DNA of 51,234 nucleotides, taken from Desulfosalsimonas sp. (lineage in GTDB: Bacteria > Desulfobacterota > Desulfobacteria > Desulfobacterales > Desulfosalsimonadaceae). The DNA lies in assembly GCA_041685965.1 (NCBI GenBank), contig JAWLEU010000001.1:1-51234 (forward strand). Reading direction: 5' to 3'. Below, piece by piece: positions 1 through 9,071 of this stretch (the first letter of the stretch is position 1; each line of letters begins with the position of its first letter). The position numbers and the translations under genes are program-made. Below the pieces are notes generated by a model. That model did no database searches. It had not been told where the DNA came from and worked only from the letters and a program-made list of their open reading frames with translations.

Positions 1-2
1 CG

Positions 3-299
3 GGTGTCTATTACCTGGCGGTGTTTTTAATAGGGCTTCTGATATCGTATTTTTTCACGCTCCGTCAGAAGTTCAGATCCCGCAAAACCATAAGGCAGTT
101 AAACGAAAAGGTCGCTGCTGACGAAAAGAAAATCGCAAACCTGCAGGCAGGCCACACAACAGAAGCAGCTGCCGGCCCGGCAGCGGCGCGATCCGGGGAA
201 AAAGGCGCGGGGCAGGCACCGGGGGCCGACCAGGGAGTTCAGGATACAGAAGCGGTTGAGCAGAAGGGCGAAACCAAAGACATAAAATCGGGCGAATAA
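3..299 (+). CDS. 5'-truncated small membrane protein, LapA/DUF1049-like (TM helix, coiled coil, low-complexity tail)
   Basis: Frame is open from nt 3 (GVYYLAVFLIGLLISYFF...). Hydrophobic helix followed by basic/coiled segment RKTIRQLNEKV; ends 10 nt before mutS. Confidence 0.55.
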   Translation, partial: GVYYLAVFLIGLLISYFFTLRQKFRSRKTIRQLNEKVAADEKKIANLQAGHTTEAAAGPAAARSGEKGAGQAPGADQGVQDTEAVEQKGETKDIKSGE

Positions 300-309
300 G
301 TATTAAGCC

Positions 310-2976
310 ATGGCCGAGGCAGGCAAAAACTCACAACTCACTCCGATGATCCGGCAATATCTGGAGATAAAGCACCAGTATCCCGACTATATCCTTTTTT
401 ACAGGATGGGGGATTTCTACGAGATGTTTTTCTCGGATGCCGAAACAGCATCCAGCGAGCTTGAGATAACCCTGACTGCACGCAACAGACATGAGCAAAC
501 CCCGGTTCCCATGTGCGGGGTACCCGTGAAGTCAGCAGAGATTTACCTGGGCCGCCTTATCGAAAAGGGCCACAAGGTTGCCATCTGTGAGCAGACCCAG
601 GATCCAGCGGAAGCAAAGGGGCTCGTCAACAGGGAGGTTGTAAGGGTTGTAACCCCCGGGATGGTTGTAAACAGCGATCTGCTCGATGCCCGGACAAATA
701 ACTTCATAGTGTCTGTGGCCATCAACGATGAAGGCTGCGGGCTGGCCTGCCTGGACATTTCCACCGGAGCGTTCCGCCTGTGCCAGAGCGTAGAAAAGGA
801 CTCTGTATTCGAGGAGGCAAAAAGGATTGCACCCAGCGAAATAGTCCTGGCGGTTTCCGCCTGCAGCGCGCCGGAATACGAGCGGTTTCTGCGGTCTTTT
901 GCCGAGACCTCCGTGAGTTACCTCGACGATGAGATCTTTTCACATTCCCGGGCACGGCAGCGACTGCTCGACCAGTTTAAGACCCGGAGCCTGGAGGGGT
1001 TCGGCTGCGAGGGCTTAAAGGCGGGCACAAGCGCGGCCGGCGCATTGCTCTATTACGTCCAGGACACCCAGAAACAGGAAATCACCCACCTTTCAGGACT
1101 GGAAACCTATTTTCCGGACGGCTATCTCAGCATAGACGACGTAAGCTGCCGAAACCTTGAGCTGCTTGCGAACCTGCGCTCCGGGTCCAGGCAGGCCACC
1201 CTGCTGTCAATACTTGATCAGACTGTTACAGCCATGGGCGGAAGGCTTATAAAGCGGTGGATAAGGTATCCCCTCCTTGACCCGGCGGAAATAGTCGACC
1301 GTCATGAAGCAGTGGCTCAGGCGGTGGAACTTTCCTCAGAGCGCAGGGCCATCCGGGAGGGGTTAAAGTCCGTTGCCGATCTGGAGCGCCTGGGCGGCAA
1401 GCTTGCAATGGGTCAGGGCAATGCCAGGGATCTGGCCGCACTTCGCAGGTCAATTCAGGCCCTTCCCGACATACGCGCCAGGCTGGATGCCTTTGATGCC
1501 CGGGTCCTTGAGCCAGATGACTCGATTTTCCCCCGGCTTGCCGAGCTTGCAGAAAAAATAGAGCAGGCTGTAGTGGATGATCCCCCGCCTACTGTAAACG
1601 AAGGCGGGATGATCAGGCGTGGTTTTGACGAAAAATTAGATGAGTTAATAAGCATCGCCAGGGACGGAAAGAGCTGGCTTGCCGAGCTTGAGGCAAAAGA
1701 AAAGCAGGCCACGGGCATTCAGACCCTGAAGGTCCGGTACAACCGGGTTTTCGGTTATTATATCGAGGTTTCAAAGTCTTATTCTGACTCGGTGCCGGAG
1801 CATTATGTCCGCAAACAGACCCTGGTAAATGCGGAGCGCTATATCACGGATGAATTGAAATCCTTTGAAAACCGTGTCCTGGGGGCCCAGGAACAACGGG
1901 CCATCCTGGAATACGAGATTTTCTGCAGGCTCAAGGATGAAGTTACCGCCTGCCATGCAGACATTCAGTCTGCTGCAGGATTTGCCGCCCGCACGGACGT
2001 GATTGCCGCCCTGGCAGAAGCTGCAGTGCACAACGGCTATACCCGGCCGAAGATCAATACAGAAGGCCGCATAAGGATCGAGGACGGTCGGCACCCGGTG
2101 GTGGAAAAACTCATTGAGGGCGAGCGGTTCGTCCCCAACACTGTAAGCCTAGACAACCGGGAAAACCAGGTAATAGTAATAACCGGCCCTAACATGGCAG
2201 GCAAATCCACGGTGCTGCGCCAGGTTGCGCTGGTTGTTATAATGGCACAGATGGGATCTTTCGTGCCTGCGGCAGGTGCGGAAATCGCGGTTACCGACCG
2301 GATATTTACCCGGGTAGGGGCGCTGGACAATCTTTCGCAGGGCCAGAGCACTTTTATGGTGGAAATGGAGGAGACCGCCAACATCATGAACAACGCTACT
2401 GCTGACAGCCTGGTTATAATAGACGAGATAGGCCGCGGGACAAGCACGTTCGACGGGCTCAGCATTGCGTGGGCTGTTGCGGAATATCTCCACGACCTGC
2501 AGGGCGCTGGAGTAAAATCGATGTTTGCAACACATTACCACGAGTTAACAGAGCTCTCCAGGGTAAAGAAGCGGGTCAGAAACTACAGCATTGCAGTAAG
2601 AGAAATAAAAGACGAGATTATCTTCCTCCATCAGCTTGTTGCAGGCGGTACCAACCGCAGTTACGGCATTCAGGTGGCTCGGCTGGCCGGCATGCCGGAA
2701 AAAGTTGTTGAAAAGGCCAAAAAAGTGCTTGAAAATGTTGAAAAACAGGGGCACGTGCTCGGCAGGCAGCATGCGGGGCAAGCCGGGCGGGGCCGGGGGG
2801 GAAGCACATACGTTCAGCTTCCGCTTTTCAGAGGACCGGAGGAAGCGGTTGTAGAAAAGATAAAAAATGCGGATATATCGCGCATGACCCCCCTGGAAGC
2901 GCTTAACTATCTAAACATGCTCCAGGAAAAAATTGTCAGCGGACAAGAGCCGGAAGACGGCAGGTTTGCATATTGA
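310..2976 (+). CDS. mutS: DNA mismatch repair protein MutS
   Basis: TPMIRQY...FYRMGDFYEMF mismatch-binding motif, Walker A GPNMAGKST, STFMVEM, DEIGRGTST, FATHYHEL, SYGIQVA; 888 aa. Confidence 0.99.
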   Translation: MAEAGKNSQLTPMIRQYLEIKHQYPDYILFYRMGDFYEMFFSDAETASSELEITLTARNRHEQTPVPMCGVPVKSAEIYLGRLIEKGHKVAICEQTQDPAEAKGLVNREVVRVVTPGMVVNSDLLDARTNNFIVSVAINDEGCGLACLDISTGAFRLCQSVEKDSVFEEAKRIAPSEIVLAVSACSAPEYERFLRSFAETSVSYLDDEIFSHSRARQRLLDQFKTRSLEGFGCEGLKAGTSAAGALLYYVQDTQKQEITHLSGLETYFPDGYLSIDDVSCRNLELLANLRSGSRQATLLSILDQTVTAMGGRLIKRWIRYPLLDPAEIVDRHEAVAQAVELSSERRAIREGLKSVADLERLGGKLAMGQGNARDLAALRRSIQALPDIRARLDAFDARVLEPDDSIFPRLAELAEKIEQAVVDDPPPTVNEGGMIRRGFDEKLDELISIARDGKSWLAELEAKEKQATGIQTLKVRYNRVFGYYIEVSKSYSDSVPEHYVRKQTLVNAERYITDELKSFENRVLGAQEQRAILEYEIFCRLKDEVTACHADIQSAAGFAARTDVIAALAEAAVHNGYTRPKINTEGRIRIEDGRHPVVEKLIEGERFVPNTVSLDNRENQVIVITGPNMAGKSTVLRQVALVVIMAQMGSFVPAAGAEIAVTDRIFTRVGALDNLSQGQSTFMVEMEETANIMNNATADSLVIIDEIGRGTSTFDGLSIAWAVAEYLHDLQGAGVKSMFATHYHELTELSRVKKRVRNYSIAVREIKDEIIFLHQLVAGGTNRSYGIQVARLAGMPEKVVEKAKKVLENVEKQGHVLGRQHAGQAGRGRGGSTYVQLPLFRGPEEAVVEKIKNADISRMTPLEALNYLNMLQEKIVSGQEPEDGRFAY

Positions 2977-4964
2977 CGGTTTACAAGACACCCGCGAGAA
3001 AAACGGTTACAGAGATGACTATCAGAGTATTTGCTCCGGCTGCATTGATCTGTTTGCTGATGGTGTTCTGGTCCTGTGCATCCATAGGGACCACTCCCAA
3101 CCAGTTATATTTTTCGGCAGAGTCATGCTATGAGGAATTAAAAGACAGCCCTGAGCGCCGGAAATACAGAAGCTACTGGCTGAAATGCATCCGCGAGTTC
3201 GAGGCGGTCCACAGCCAGGATCCCGATGGTCCCTGGGCGGCTGCAGGTCTTTTTATGGCCGGAAAGCTTTACCATGAAATGTATAAGCAATCCTACGCGC
3301 CCGCGGACCTGAAAAAGGCAAGGTCCCTGTTCAGGCGGGTGGAAAAGGACTACAGTTCGAGTGCATACAGCAGGCAGGCAGCAGATGCCCTCGACGAGAT
3401 GGGGGGGGACAGAAGGGCTGACACGGACGAGGCTGCAAAAAGGTATTTTGCCGCAGAGTCCTGCTACCAGGAATTAAAGGACAACTCGGGGCGTCAGAAG
3501 TACAGGAGGTACTGGCATGACTGCATACGAGAGTTCGAAAAGGTATATGAAGCCGATCCTGAAGGCCCATGGGCGGCAGCCGCTCTTTATATGAAAGCAG
3601 AGCTTTACCAGGGGCTTTACGCCCATTCCCGCAAAGAGGGGGACCGGGAAAAGGCAGACTCTGTTTTACGGCAAATCATTGATCAATACCCTTCCAGCGC
3701 ATACAGCAGGCGCGCCATGCAGAAGATGGGCGAGCTTGAGGAAAACAAAGAGGCTGACACGGAAACCGCATCAGGGGAGGTCAAGACCGACTCCGCGAAA
3801 CGGGGGCCCGTGCCGGAAAAAGGGGGGCGAACCACTGTTGAGGGCATACGCTACTGGTCCAATCCCGACTATACAAGGGTCGTGATTGACGCCAGCCGGG
3901 AAACCGATTTTAAGAACAACCTGTTAAACAAGGACCCCGAGATTGATCAGCAGCAGCAGAGGCTCTATGTTGACCTGAAAAACAGCAGACTGGGAAATGA
4001 CATAAAGAAAAAAATAGAGATTGACGATACGTTATTAAAAGACGTCCGCGCGGGTCAGCACGACAGGGATACAGCCCGTGTGGTGGTGGATATCAAGTCG
4101 TTTGAAAACTACAAGGTGTTTTCCCTGAAAAATCCTTTCCGCATAGTAATAGACGTGCGCGGAGAGGGGGCTTCTGCAAAAGAAAAAGAAAAGAAAAAAA
4201 AGGCTTCCCGTGCCTCGGGAAAAGACAAGGCCGGCTCCATTGCCAGGCAGCTGGCTCTGGGCGTACAAAGGATAGTAATAGATCCGGGCCACGGGGGCAA
4301 GGACTACGGGGCGCCCGGATACATGAAGGGGATTCATGAAAAACATGTGGTGCTCGATCTTTCAAAGAAGCTTGCCGAGCGGCTTCGCAAGGAGCTGAAC
4401 TGCGAGGTGCTTCTTACCAGAAGCGAGGATGTCTATCTGACCCTGGAAGAGCGCACCGCGATTGCAAACACAAAGAACGCGGATCTGTTTATCTCGCTTC
4501 ACGCCAATGCGTCGAGCAACCAGAACGCACGGGGCCTTGAAACCTATTTTCTCAACCTGGCCACCGACGAGGAATCAATAGCAGTGGCAGCAAGGGAGAA
4601 CGCCACTTCCGAGAAAAATATCAGCGAGCTGCAGACCATTCTCGACGACCTTATGCGCAATGCCAAGGTCAACGAGTCCAGCAAGCTGGCAACGTACGTT
4701 CAGGATGAAATGGTCAGCCGGCTTGACAGGAGATACGGAACCATCAACAACAAGGGGGTCAAGCAGGCCCCTTTCTATGTGCTTCTGGGCGCCCAGATGC
4801 CTTCTATCCTGGTTGAGACAGCATTTATCAGCAACAAGACGGAATGCAGGCGCCTTACAGACCCTGACTATCAGGAGGAAATAAGCAGGGGGATAGCAGG
4901 CGGGATAAAACGCTATATCCACGAAATCCGGCCAACGGCTTTTATGGAGCAGGGCAGCCGGTAG
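2973..4964 (+). CDS. N-acetylmuramoyl-L-alanine amidase (duplicated TPR-like module + AMIN + Amidase_3); real start may be ATG 3015
   Basis: IVIDPGHGGKD..GA, EK.VVL, ADLFISLHANAS, APFYVLLGAQMPSILVETAFISN; AMIN-like YTRVVID and NPFRIVIDV; N-terminal hydrophobic signal ending in Cys. Confidence 0.95.
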   Translation: MTVYKTPARKTVTEMTIRVFAPAALICLLMVFWSCASIGTTPNQLYFSAESCYEELKDSPERRKYRSYWLKCIREFEAVHSQDPDGPWAAAGLFMAGKLYHEMYKQSYAPADLKKARSLFRRVEKDYSSSAYSRQAADALDEMGGDRRADTDEAAKRYFAAESCYQELKDNSGRQKYRRYWHDCIREFEKVYEADPEGPWAAAALYMKAELYQGLYAHSRKEGDREKADSVLRQIIDQYPSSAYSRRAMQKMGELEENKEADTETASGEVKTDSAKRGPVPEKGGRTTVEGIRYWSNPDYTRVVIDASRETDFKNNLLNKDPEIDQQQQRLYVDLKNSRLGNDIKKKIEIDDTLLKDVRAGQHDRDTARVVVDIKSFENYKVFSLKNPFRIVIDVRGEGASAKEKEKKKKASRASGKDKAGSIARQLALGVQRIVIDPGHGGKDYGAPGYMKGIHEKHVVLDLSKKLAERLRKELNCEVLLTRSEDVYLTLEERTAIANTKNADLFISLHANASSNQNARGLETYFLNLATDEESIAVAARENATSEKNISELQTILDDLMRNAKVNESSKLATYVQDEMVSRLDRRYGTINNKGVKQAPFYVLLGAQMPSILVETAFISNKTECRRLTDPDYQEEISRGIAGGIKRYIHEIRPTAFMEQGSR

Positions 4965-4996
4965 TTGAGCTACAATGAACGAAAAAAGGAAAGGTG

Positions 4997-6376
4997 ATGG
5001 ACCGTCAGACAGAGATTAAATCGATATCCGTGCTCGACGGCAGATACGCGCGCCACACAGCAGGCTTGGAAGAAATCTTTTCCGAGTACGGGCTTATCAG
5101 GTATCGGGTATACGTGGAACTGCAGTGGCTGAAGTTTCTTTTGCAGGAAATGGAGTTCGCCGATGTTGATGAAAGTGCAATAAAACGCATTGATGAAATC
5201 TATCAGGGTTTTGACACAGAAGCCGCGCTTGCGGTCAAATCAATTGAAAAGCAGACCAATCATGACGTCAAGGCAGTGGAGTATTATATAAAAGACAGGC
5301 TGATTGCAGCCGGACTTGGCCACGTCAGGGAATGGGTTCATTTTGCCTGCACTTCGGATGATATCAACAACACCTCGTATGCTCTTATGGTTAAAAGCGG
5401 CAGGGAGCTGCTTGTTGAAAACCTGAGACAGGTGCTGGGAAAAATAGAGACCCTGGCAAGAAAATACAAGTCCATTCCCATGATGGCAAGAACCCACGGC
5501 CAGCCGGCAACTCCCACAACTGTTGGAAAGGAGTTTATAAATTTCGCCTGGCGCCTGCGCTATGAAATCAACGCACTTGAGGGCCTCTGCGTTCAGGCAA
5601 AGATGAACGGGGCAAGCGGCAATTACAACGCCCATAATTTCGTCTTTCCCGGAATCGACTGGATCGGGGGTTCCAGGGATTTCATAGAGCGATACCTGGG
5701 TCTTTTTCCGGCAATGTTTACAACCCAGGTCAACCCCAACAATTACCTGGCTGCAATTCTTCACGGCATTGTGCGCGCTGCTGCTGTGATAACAGACCTG
5801 GATCGTGACATGTGGGGCTATATCTCCCTGGGATATTTCCGCCAGAAGTTAAGCGAAGGCGAGGTGGGCTCGTCTACCATGCCTCACAAGGTCAATCCCA
5901 TTGATTTTGAAAACAGCGAGGGAAATGCGGGACTGGCAATTTCAATGATGGAGCACATGGCTGTAAAACTCATGATATCACGTTATCAGCGGGACCTGAG
6001 CGACAGTACAGTTCTGCGCAATCTCGGGGCTGTTTTCGGATATATGATGATTGCCCTGAAAAGCACTCTCAAAGGGCTTGACCGCATCGAGGCGGACGAA
6101 AAAGTTATTGTAAAGGACCTGGAGGCCAATCCGGAACTTCTGGCAGAGCCGGTGCAGTCTGCCATGCGCGCATGCGGAGAAAGCGAGCCCTATGAAAAGC
6201 TAAAGGCTCTTACCCGAGGCAAGCGAATAACCCGCGACGAGCTGGCTTCGTTTGTAAACGGACTGAATCTTCTTACGGAAAATTTAAGGCAGAGCCTGAA
6301 GAGTCTTGAGGTGACCGGATATACAGGGCTTGCCGAAGACCTTGTGGAGCATTATTTCAAAGAGCTGCAGCTTTAG
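4997..6376 (+). CDS. purB: Adenylosuccinate lyase
   Basis: LDGRY, TNHDVKAVEY, HFACTSDDIN, RTHGQPATPTT, signature GSSTMPHKVNPIDFENSEGN. ATG at 4997 follows an in-frame GTG at 4994. Confidence 0.98.
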   Translation: MDRQTEIKSISVLDGRYARHTAGLEEIFSEYGLIRYRVYVELQWLKFLLQEMEFADVDESAIKRIDEIYQGFDTEAALAVKSIEKQTNHDVKAVEYYIKDRLIAAGLGHVREWVHFACTSDDINNTSYALMVKSGRELLVENLRQVLGKIETLARKYKSIPMMARTHGQPATPTTVGKEFINFAWRLRYEINALEGLCVQAKMNGASGNYNAHNFVFPGIDWIGGSRDFIERYLGLFPAMFTTQVNPNNYLAAILHGIVRAAAVITDLDRDMWGYISLGYFRQKLSEGEVGSSTMPHKVNPIDFENSEGNAGLAISMMEHMAVKLMISRYQRDLSDSTVLRNLGAVFGYMMIALKSTLKGLDRIEADEKVIVKDLEANPELLAEPVQSAMRACGESEPYEKLKALTRGKRITRDELASFVNGLNLLTENLRQSLKSLEVTGYTGLAEDLVEHYFKELQL

Positions 6377-6404
6377 CGCGGCCCGTGAGTGCGCGCCGTG
6401 TTTT
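6377..6404 (+). terminator. Possible intrinsic terminator after purB
   Basis: GC-rich imperfect hairpin cgcggc...gccgtg followed by TTTT, directly after the stop codon. Confidence 0.35.
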
Positions 6405-6409
6405 AAGGC

Positions 6410-6439
6410 TTGAAATAAATAGTTAAAATATGCTATAAA
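6410..6439 (+). promoter_or_regulatory. Putative sigma70 promoter of the mglB-mglA signalling locus
   Basis: TTGAAA (6410-6415), 18-nt AT-rich spacer ending in TGc (extended -10), TATAAA (6434-6439), about 100 nt upstream of mglB. Confidence 0.55.
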
Positions 6440-6543
6440 TTCTATCGCCTATTTATGTGTGCATTGTGTAAATGCCTCTGGCGGGGATTTGCGCGTGAGT
6501 CCCTTCGGAGAGTATAAAAATTATTTTCAAGGGGTGGTCATAG

Positions 6544-6936
6544 ATGGAGTTTACAGTTGATTTTACAAAAGAGCAGATCGAAGCCATTGAAGAGGTCCTG
6601 CAGCAGGAGTTGATCGATCTCGGGGTACAGAGCGTGATCCTGATGGATTTGGCCGGAAATGTGATTGTAAACCTCGACAGCGGGGAGTCCGATCACGACG
6701 TGTTTTCCCTGGCGGCCCTTGCTGCCGGAAATTACGGCGCTGTAAGCGCAATGGCCAATATCATAGGCGAACAGGAATTTTCCCTTCTGTTTCACAAGGG
6801 AGAAGAAGAAAGCATCCATTTCAGCAAGGTCGCCGATGATCTGCTTTTGCTGACAATATTTAACAAGAATGTCTCGCTGGGTTTCCTGCGGCTGAAGGTG
6901 GCAGAAGGCATCAAGCGAATCCAGAAGGTCATATGA
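6544..6936 (+). CDS. mglB: Roadblock/LC7 protein, MglB family (GAP of MglA)
   Basis: SLAALAAGNYGAVSAMANIIGEQEFSLLFHKGEEESIH and SLGFLRLKV match MglB consensus; directly upstream of mglA; 130 aa. Confidence 0.9.
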   Translation: MEFTVDFTKEQIEAIEEVLQQELIDLGVQSVILMDLAGNVIVNLDSGESDHDVFSLAALAAGNYGAVSAMANIIGEQEFSLLFHKGEEESIHFSKVADDLLLLTIFNKNVSLGFLRLKVAEGIKRIQKVI

Positions 6937-7023
6937 GCGCCTCTTTCTGTCTATACACGCGGAGTTGAGAGACCGGGGTCAACGGTTAAACGGAAATAAA
7001 ACGCTGTTGCGGAGGAAGGTGAT

Positions 7024-7629
7024 TTGGCTTTAATTAATCCGAAAAAGCGGGAGGTCCAGGTCAAAATCGTTTATTACGGCCCCGGCCGTGGCGGGAAGAC
7101 CACCAACCTTGAATACATAAACCGCAAGTTTAAAAAACGGATTCTAAACGAGATGGTGACGGTCAAGACTTACGGAGACCGCACGCTTTTTTTTGATTTT
7201 CTCCCGTTTGATATCGGTGAAATCAAGGGCCACAGCATCAAGATCCAGCTCTACACCGTTCCCGGCCAGGTAAAGTACAACGCCACCAGGCGTCTGGTCT
7301 TGAGGGGGGTTGACGGGATCGTTTTTGTGGCGGACTCCATGGACCTGCGCCGGGAGATGAATATCCGGTCTTTGCAGAACCTAAAAGAGAACCTGGAGTC
7401 GTTTAACAAAAACATCTCCACTATCCCACTGGTGATGCAGTACAACAAGCGCGACCTTGCCGATGAGGGTATTCCCATTCTCTCGGTGGAAAGCATGGAA
7501 AAGGATTTAAACAGCCGTTTAAAAGCTCCGTATTTTTCAGCCAGTGCTATTCGCGGCGACAATGTGGCCGCCACAATGAAAAAAATCATTGCGCTCACAG
7601 TGAGTTCTCTGCGCAAAAAACTGGAATAG
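7024..7629 (+). CDS. mglA: Ras-like small GTPase, MglA family (TTG start)
   Basis: KIVYYGPGRGGKTTNL (G1), DRTLFFDFLP (switch I with intrinsic Arg), LYTVPGQV (G3), LRGVDGIVFVADS, QYNKRDL (G4); GGAGG RBS upstream. Confidence 0.96.
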   Translation: MALINPKKREVQVKIVYYGPGRGGKTTNLEYINRKFKKRILNEMVTVKTYGDRTLFFDFLPFDIGEIKGHSIKIQLYTVPGQVKYNATRRLVLRGVDGIVFVADSMDLRREMNIRSLQNLKENLESFNKNISTIPLVMQYNKRDLADEGIPILSVESMEKDLNSRLKAPYFSASAIRGDNVAATMKKIIALTVSSLRKKLE

Positions 7630-7641
7630 GAGGAAACTCCA

Positions 7642-8457
7642 TTGACGCACAAGGATGAAGACGACATTGGTGCCCAGGTTTCAAGCCGGCTGGAGGAACT
7701 GTTCGGCGAGGAAGATGAAGATGAACTCTCCGGTCAGGAGCGAAGTTCGGCCCCGGAGGCTCGACAGGCCCGGCAATCTGCGGAAGTAATGCATGATGAA
7801 ACCCGGGGGGTGGCTGATGATGAACCACCCAATGATCAGGGCTCGCCTCTTAAGAATCTCAAGGCTCTTGTCTTCGGAATTGACTGGGAAATCACCGACG
7901 ACGGAATGAGGGCTTTTTTGAGGGAAATCCGGGATCTGCAGGCACAATATCAGCAAGACAAGGTGCTTTCCACGTTTTTGAAGCTCCATGAAACAGTGGG
8001 AAAATACATCAAGGCAAAAAAAGGCCGCGCCCATCCGGAAGCCTTCAGCTTTGTTGCCTCTGTATTCCGGAGTTTCGAAGAAGTATTAACGAATCCCGGC
8101 ATGCAGGAGTCCCGGAAAAAGAAGCTGCTTTCCCAGGAAATAAAGAATTTTAAAAATTTCAAGGAAAAGCTTGCAGCACCCGGCAAAACCGTTCAGGAGG
8201 AACTATCGGCACAAAAAGGGGCCGAAACCGCGGAGTCCCGGCTTGAAACCTCAGAAACCATCGTTGAACCCCGGCAGGCCAAGCCGGAGGAAGTCCCGGA
8301 TGAAGGGGATGAAAAACCCGCTGCCGCAGAGAAAGCAAGCACTGACGCCGTTCTTGAAAACCAGGAGGCGCTGGATTATATCGTGGCCGAACTCAAAAAA
8401 ACAATCAAGGCGGAATTCAATACAATACGCCAGATTCTAAAGACTCTGGGCGCATAG
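7642..8457 (+). CDS. Hypothetical protein (helical core flanked by acidic disordered linkers, C-terminal amphipathic helix)
   Basis: 271-aa ORF 12 nt after mglA with AGGAGG RBS and TTG start; core PLKNLKALVFGIDWEITD...AHPEAF. Confidence 0.8.
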   Translation: MTHKDEDDIGAQVSSRLEELFGEEDEDELSGQERSSAPEARQARQSAEVMHDETRGVADDEPPNDQGSPLKNLKALVFGIDWEITDDGMRAFLREIRDLQAQYQQDKVLSTFLKLHETVGKYIKAKKGRAHPEAFSFVASVFRSFEEVLTNPGMQESRKKKLLSQEIKNFKNFKEKLAAPGKTVQEELSAQKGAETAESRLETSETIVEPRQAKPEEVPDEGDEKPAAAEKASTDAVLENQEALDYIVAELKKTIKAEFNTIRQILKTLGA

Positions 8458-8500
8458 ATATTCCAGAGGCCGGCGAGCCATACAGATCGGAGGCAATGAG

Positions 8501-8974
8501 ATGGCAAATACTTTTTCAGGAGATATTTCCAGGATTATTCTAAAGAGGACGGTGAATGCCGACCTGGGAGAGGTTTCTCTTGATAGTCAGATGCTTCAGG
8601 TGCTCATGGAGCTTGACGGGAAAAAAAATCTGGGGCAGGTTGCCCAGTCCCTGAATATGAGCATGAAAGACCTGCGGCATGCTGTAAGCAAACTGCATGA
8701 CCTGAAGCTGTGCCAGCCAGCAAAAGAAAGTATACCCACCCTGGGAAAGGAGTTTTTCGATTTTCTTTCCTCACAGCTTTCCCGCGCCATGGGGCCTATC
8801 GCGGACGTGGTGATTGAAGATGAAATAAGTCAGATGGGCGAGGACCCCAAAAGTTTTCCAGCCCACCGGGCGGCTGAACTCGTGGACCTGCTTGCCCGCC
8901 AGATACTTCGAGAAGAGCGCAAGGTGGCTTTTCAGCAGGCAATGGTGAAAAAGCTGCGGGAACTCAAGACATGA
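8501..8974 (+). CDS. Winged-helix-like domain plus C-terminal helical domain protein
   Basis: VLMELDGKKNLGQVAQSLNMS...AVSKLHDLKL is wHTH-like; C-terminal LSRAMGPIADVVIEDEI resembles tails found on PATAN-associated proteins; GGAGG RBS. Confidence 0.75.
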   Translation: MANTFSGDISRIILKRTVNADLGEVSLDSQMLQVLMELDGKKNLGQVAQSLNMSMKDLRHAVSKLHDLKLCQPAKESIPTLGKEFFDFLSSQLSRAMGPIADVVIEDEISQMGEDPKSFPAHRAAELVDLLARQILREERKVAFQQAMVKKLRELKT

Positions 8975-9071
8975 TCGGTAAAGCCTACGGGCAGGGATAT
9001 GACTTTACCGGACAGACCCGGGAATCGAAAAATTTTGTGTGCCGCTAATAATTGAGCAAGGAGGATGAATC

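Noticed and set aside
6476-6512. Structured leader before mglB as a possible c-di-GMP riboswitch
   Set aside because: A hairpin is possible, but the GEMM hallmarks (GCAAA and tetraloop-receptor elements) were not found.
6934-7000. Selenocysteine read-through of TGA-terminated genes (mglB, mutS, ORF 8501, the ATPase)
   Set aside because: Each protein appears complete at the TGA. The mglB extension is short and not protein-like, and the ATPase TGA is followed immediately by TAA.
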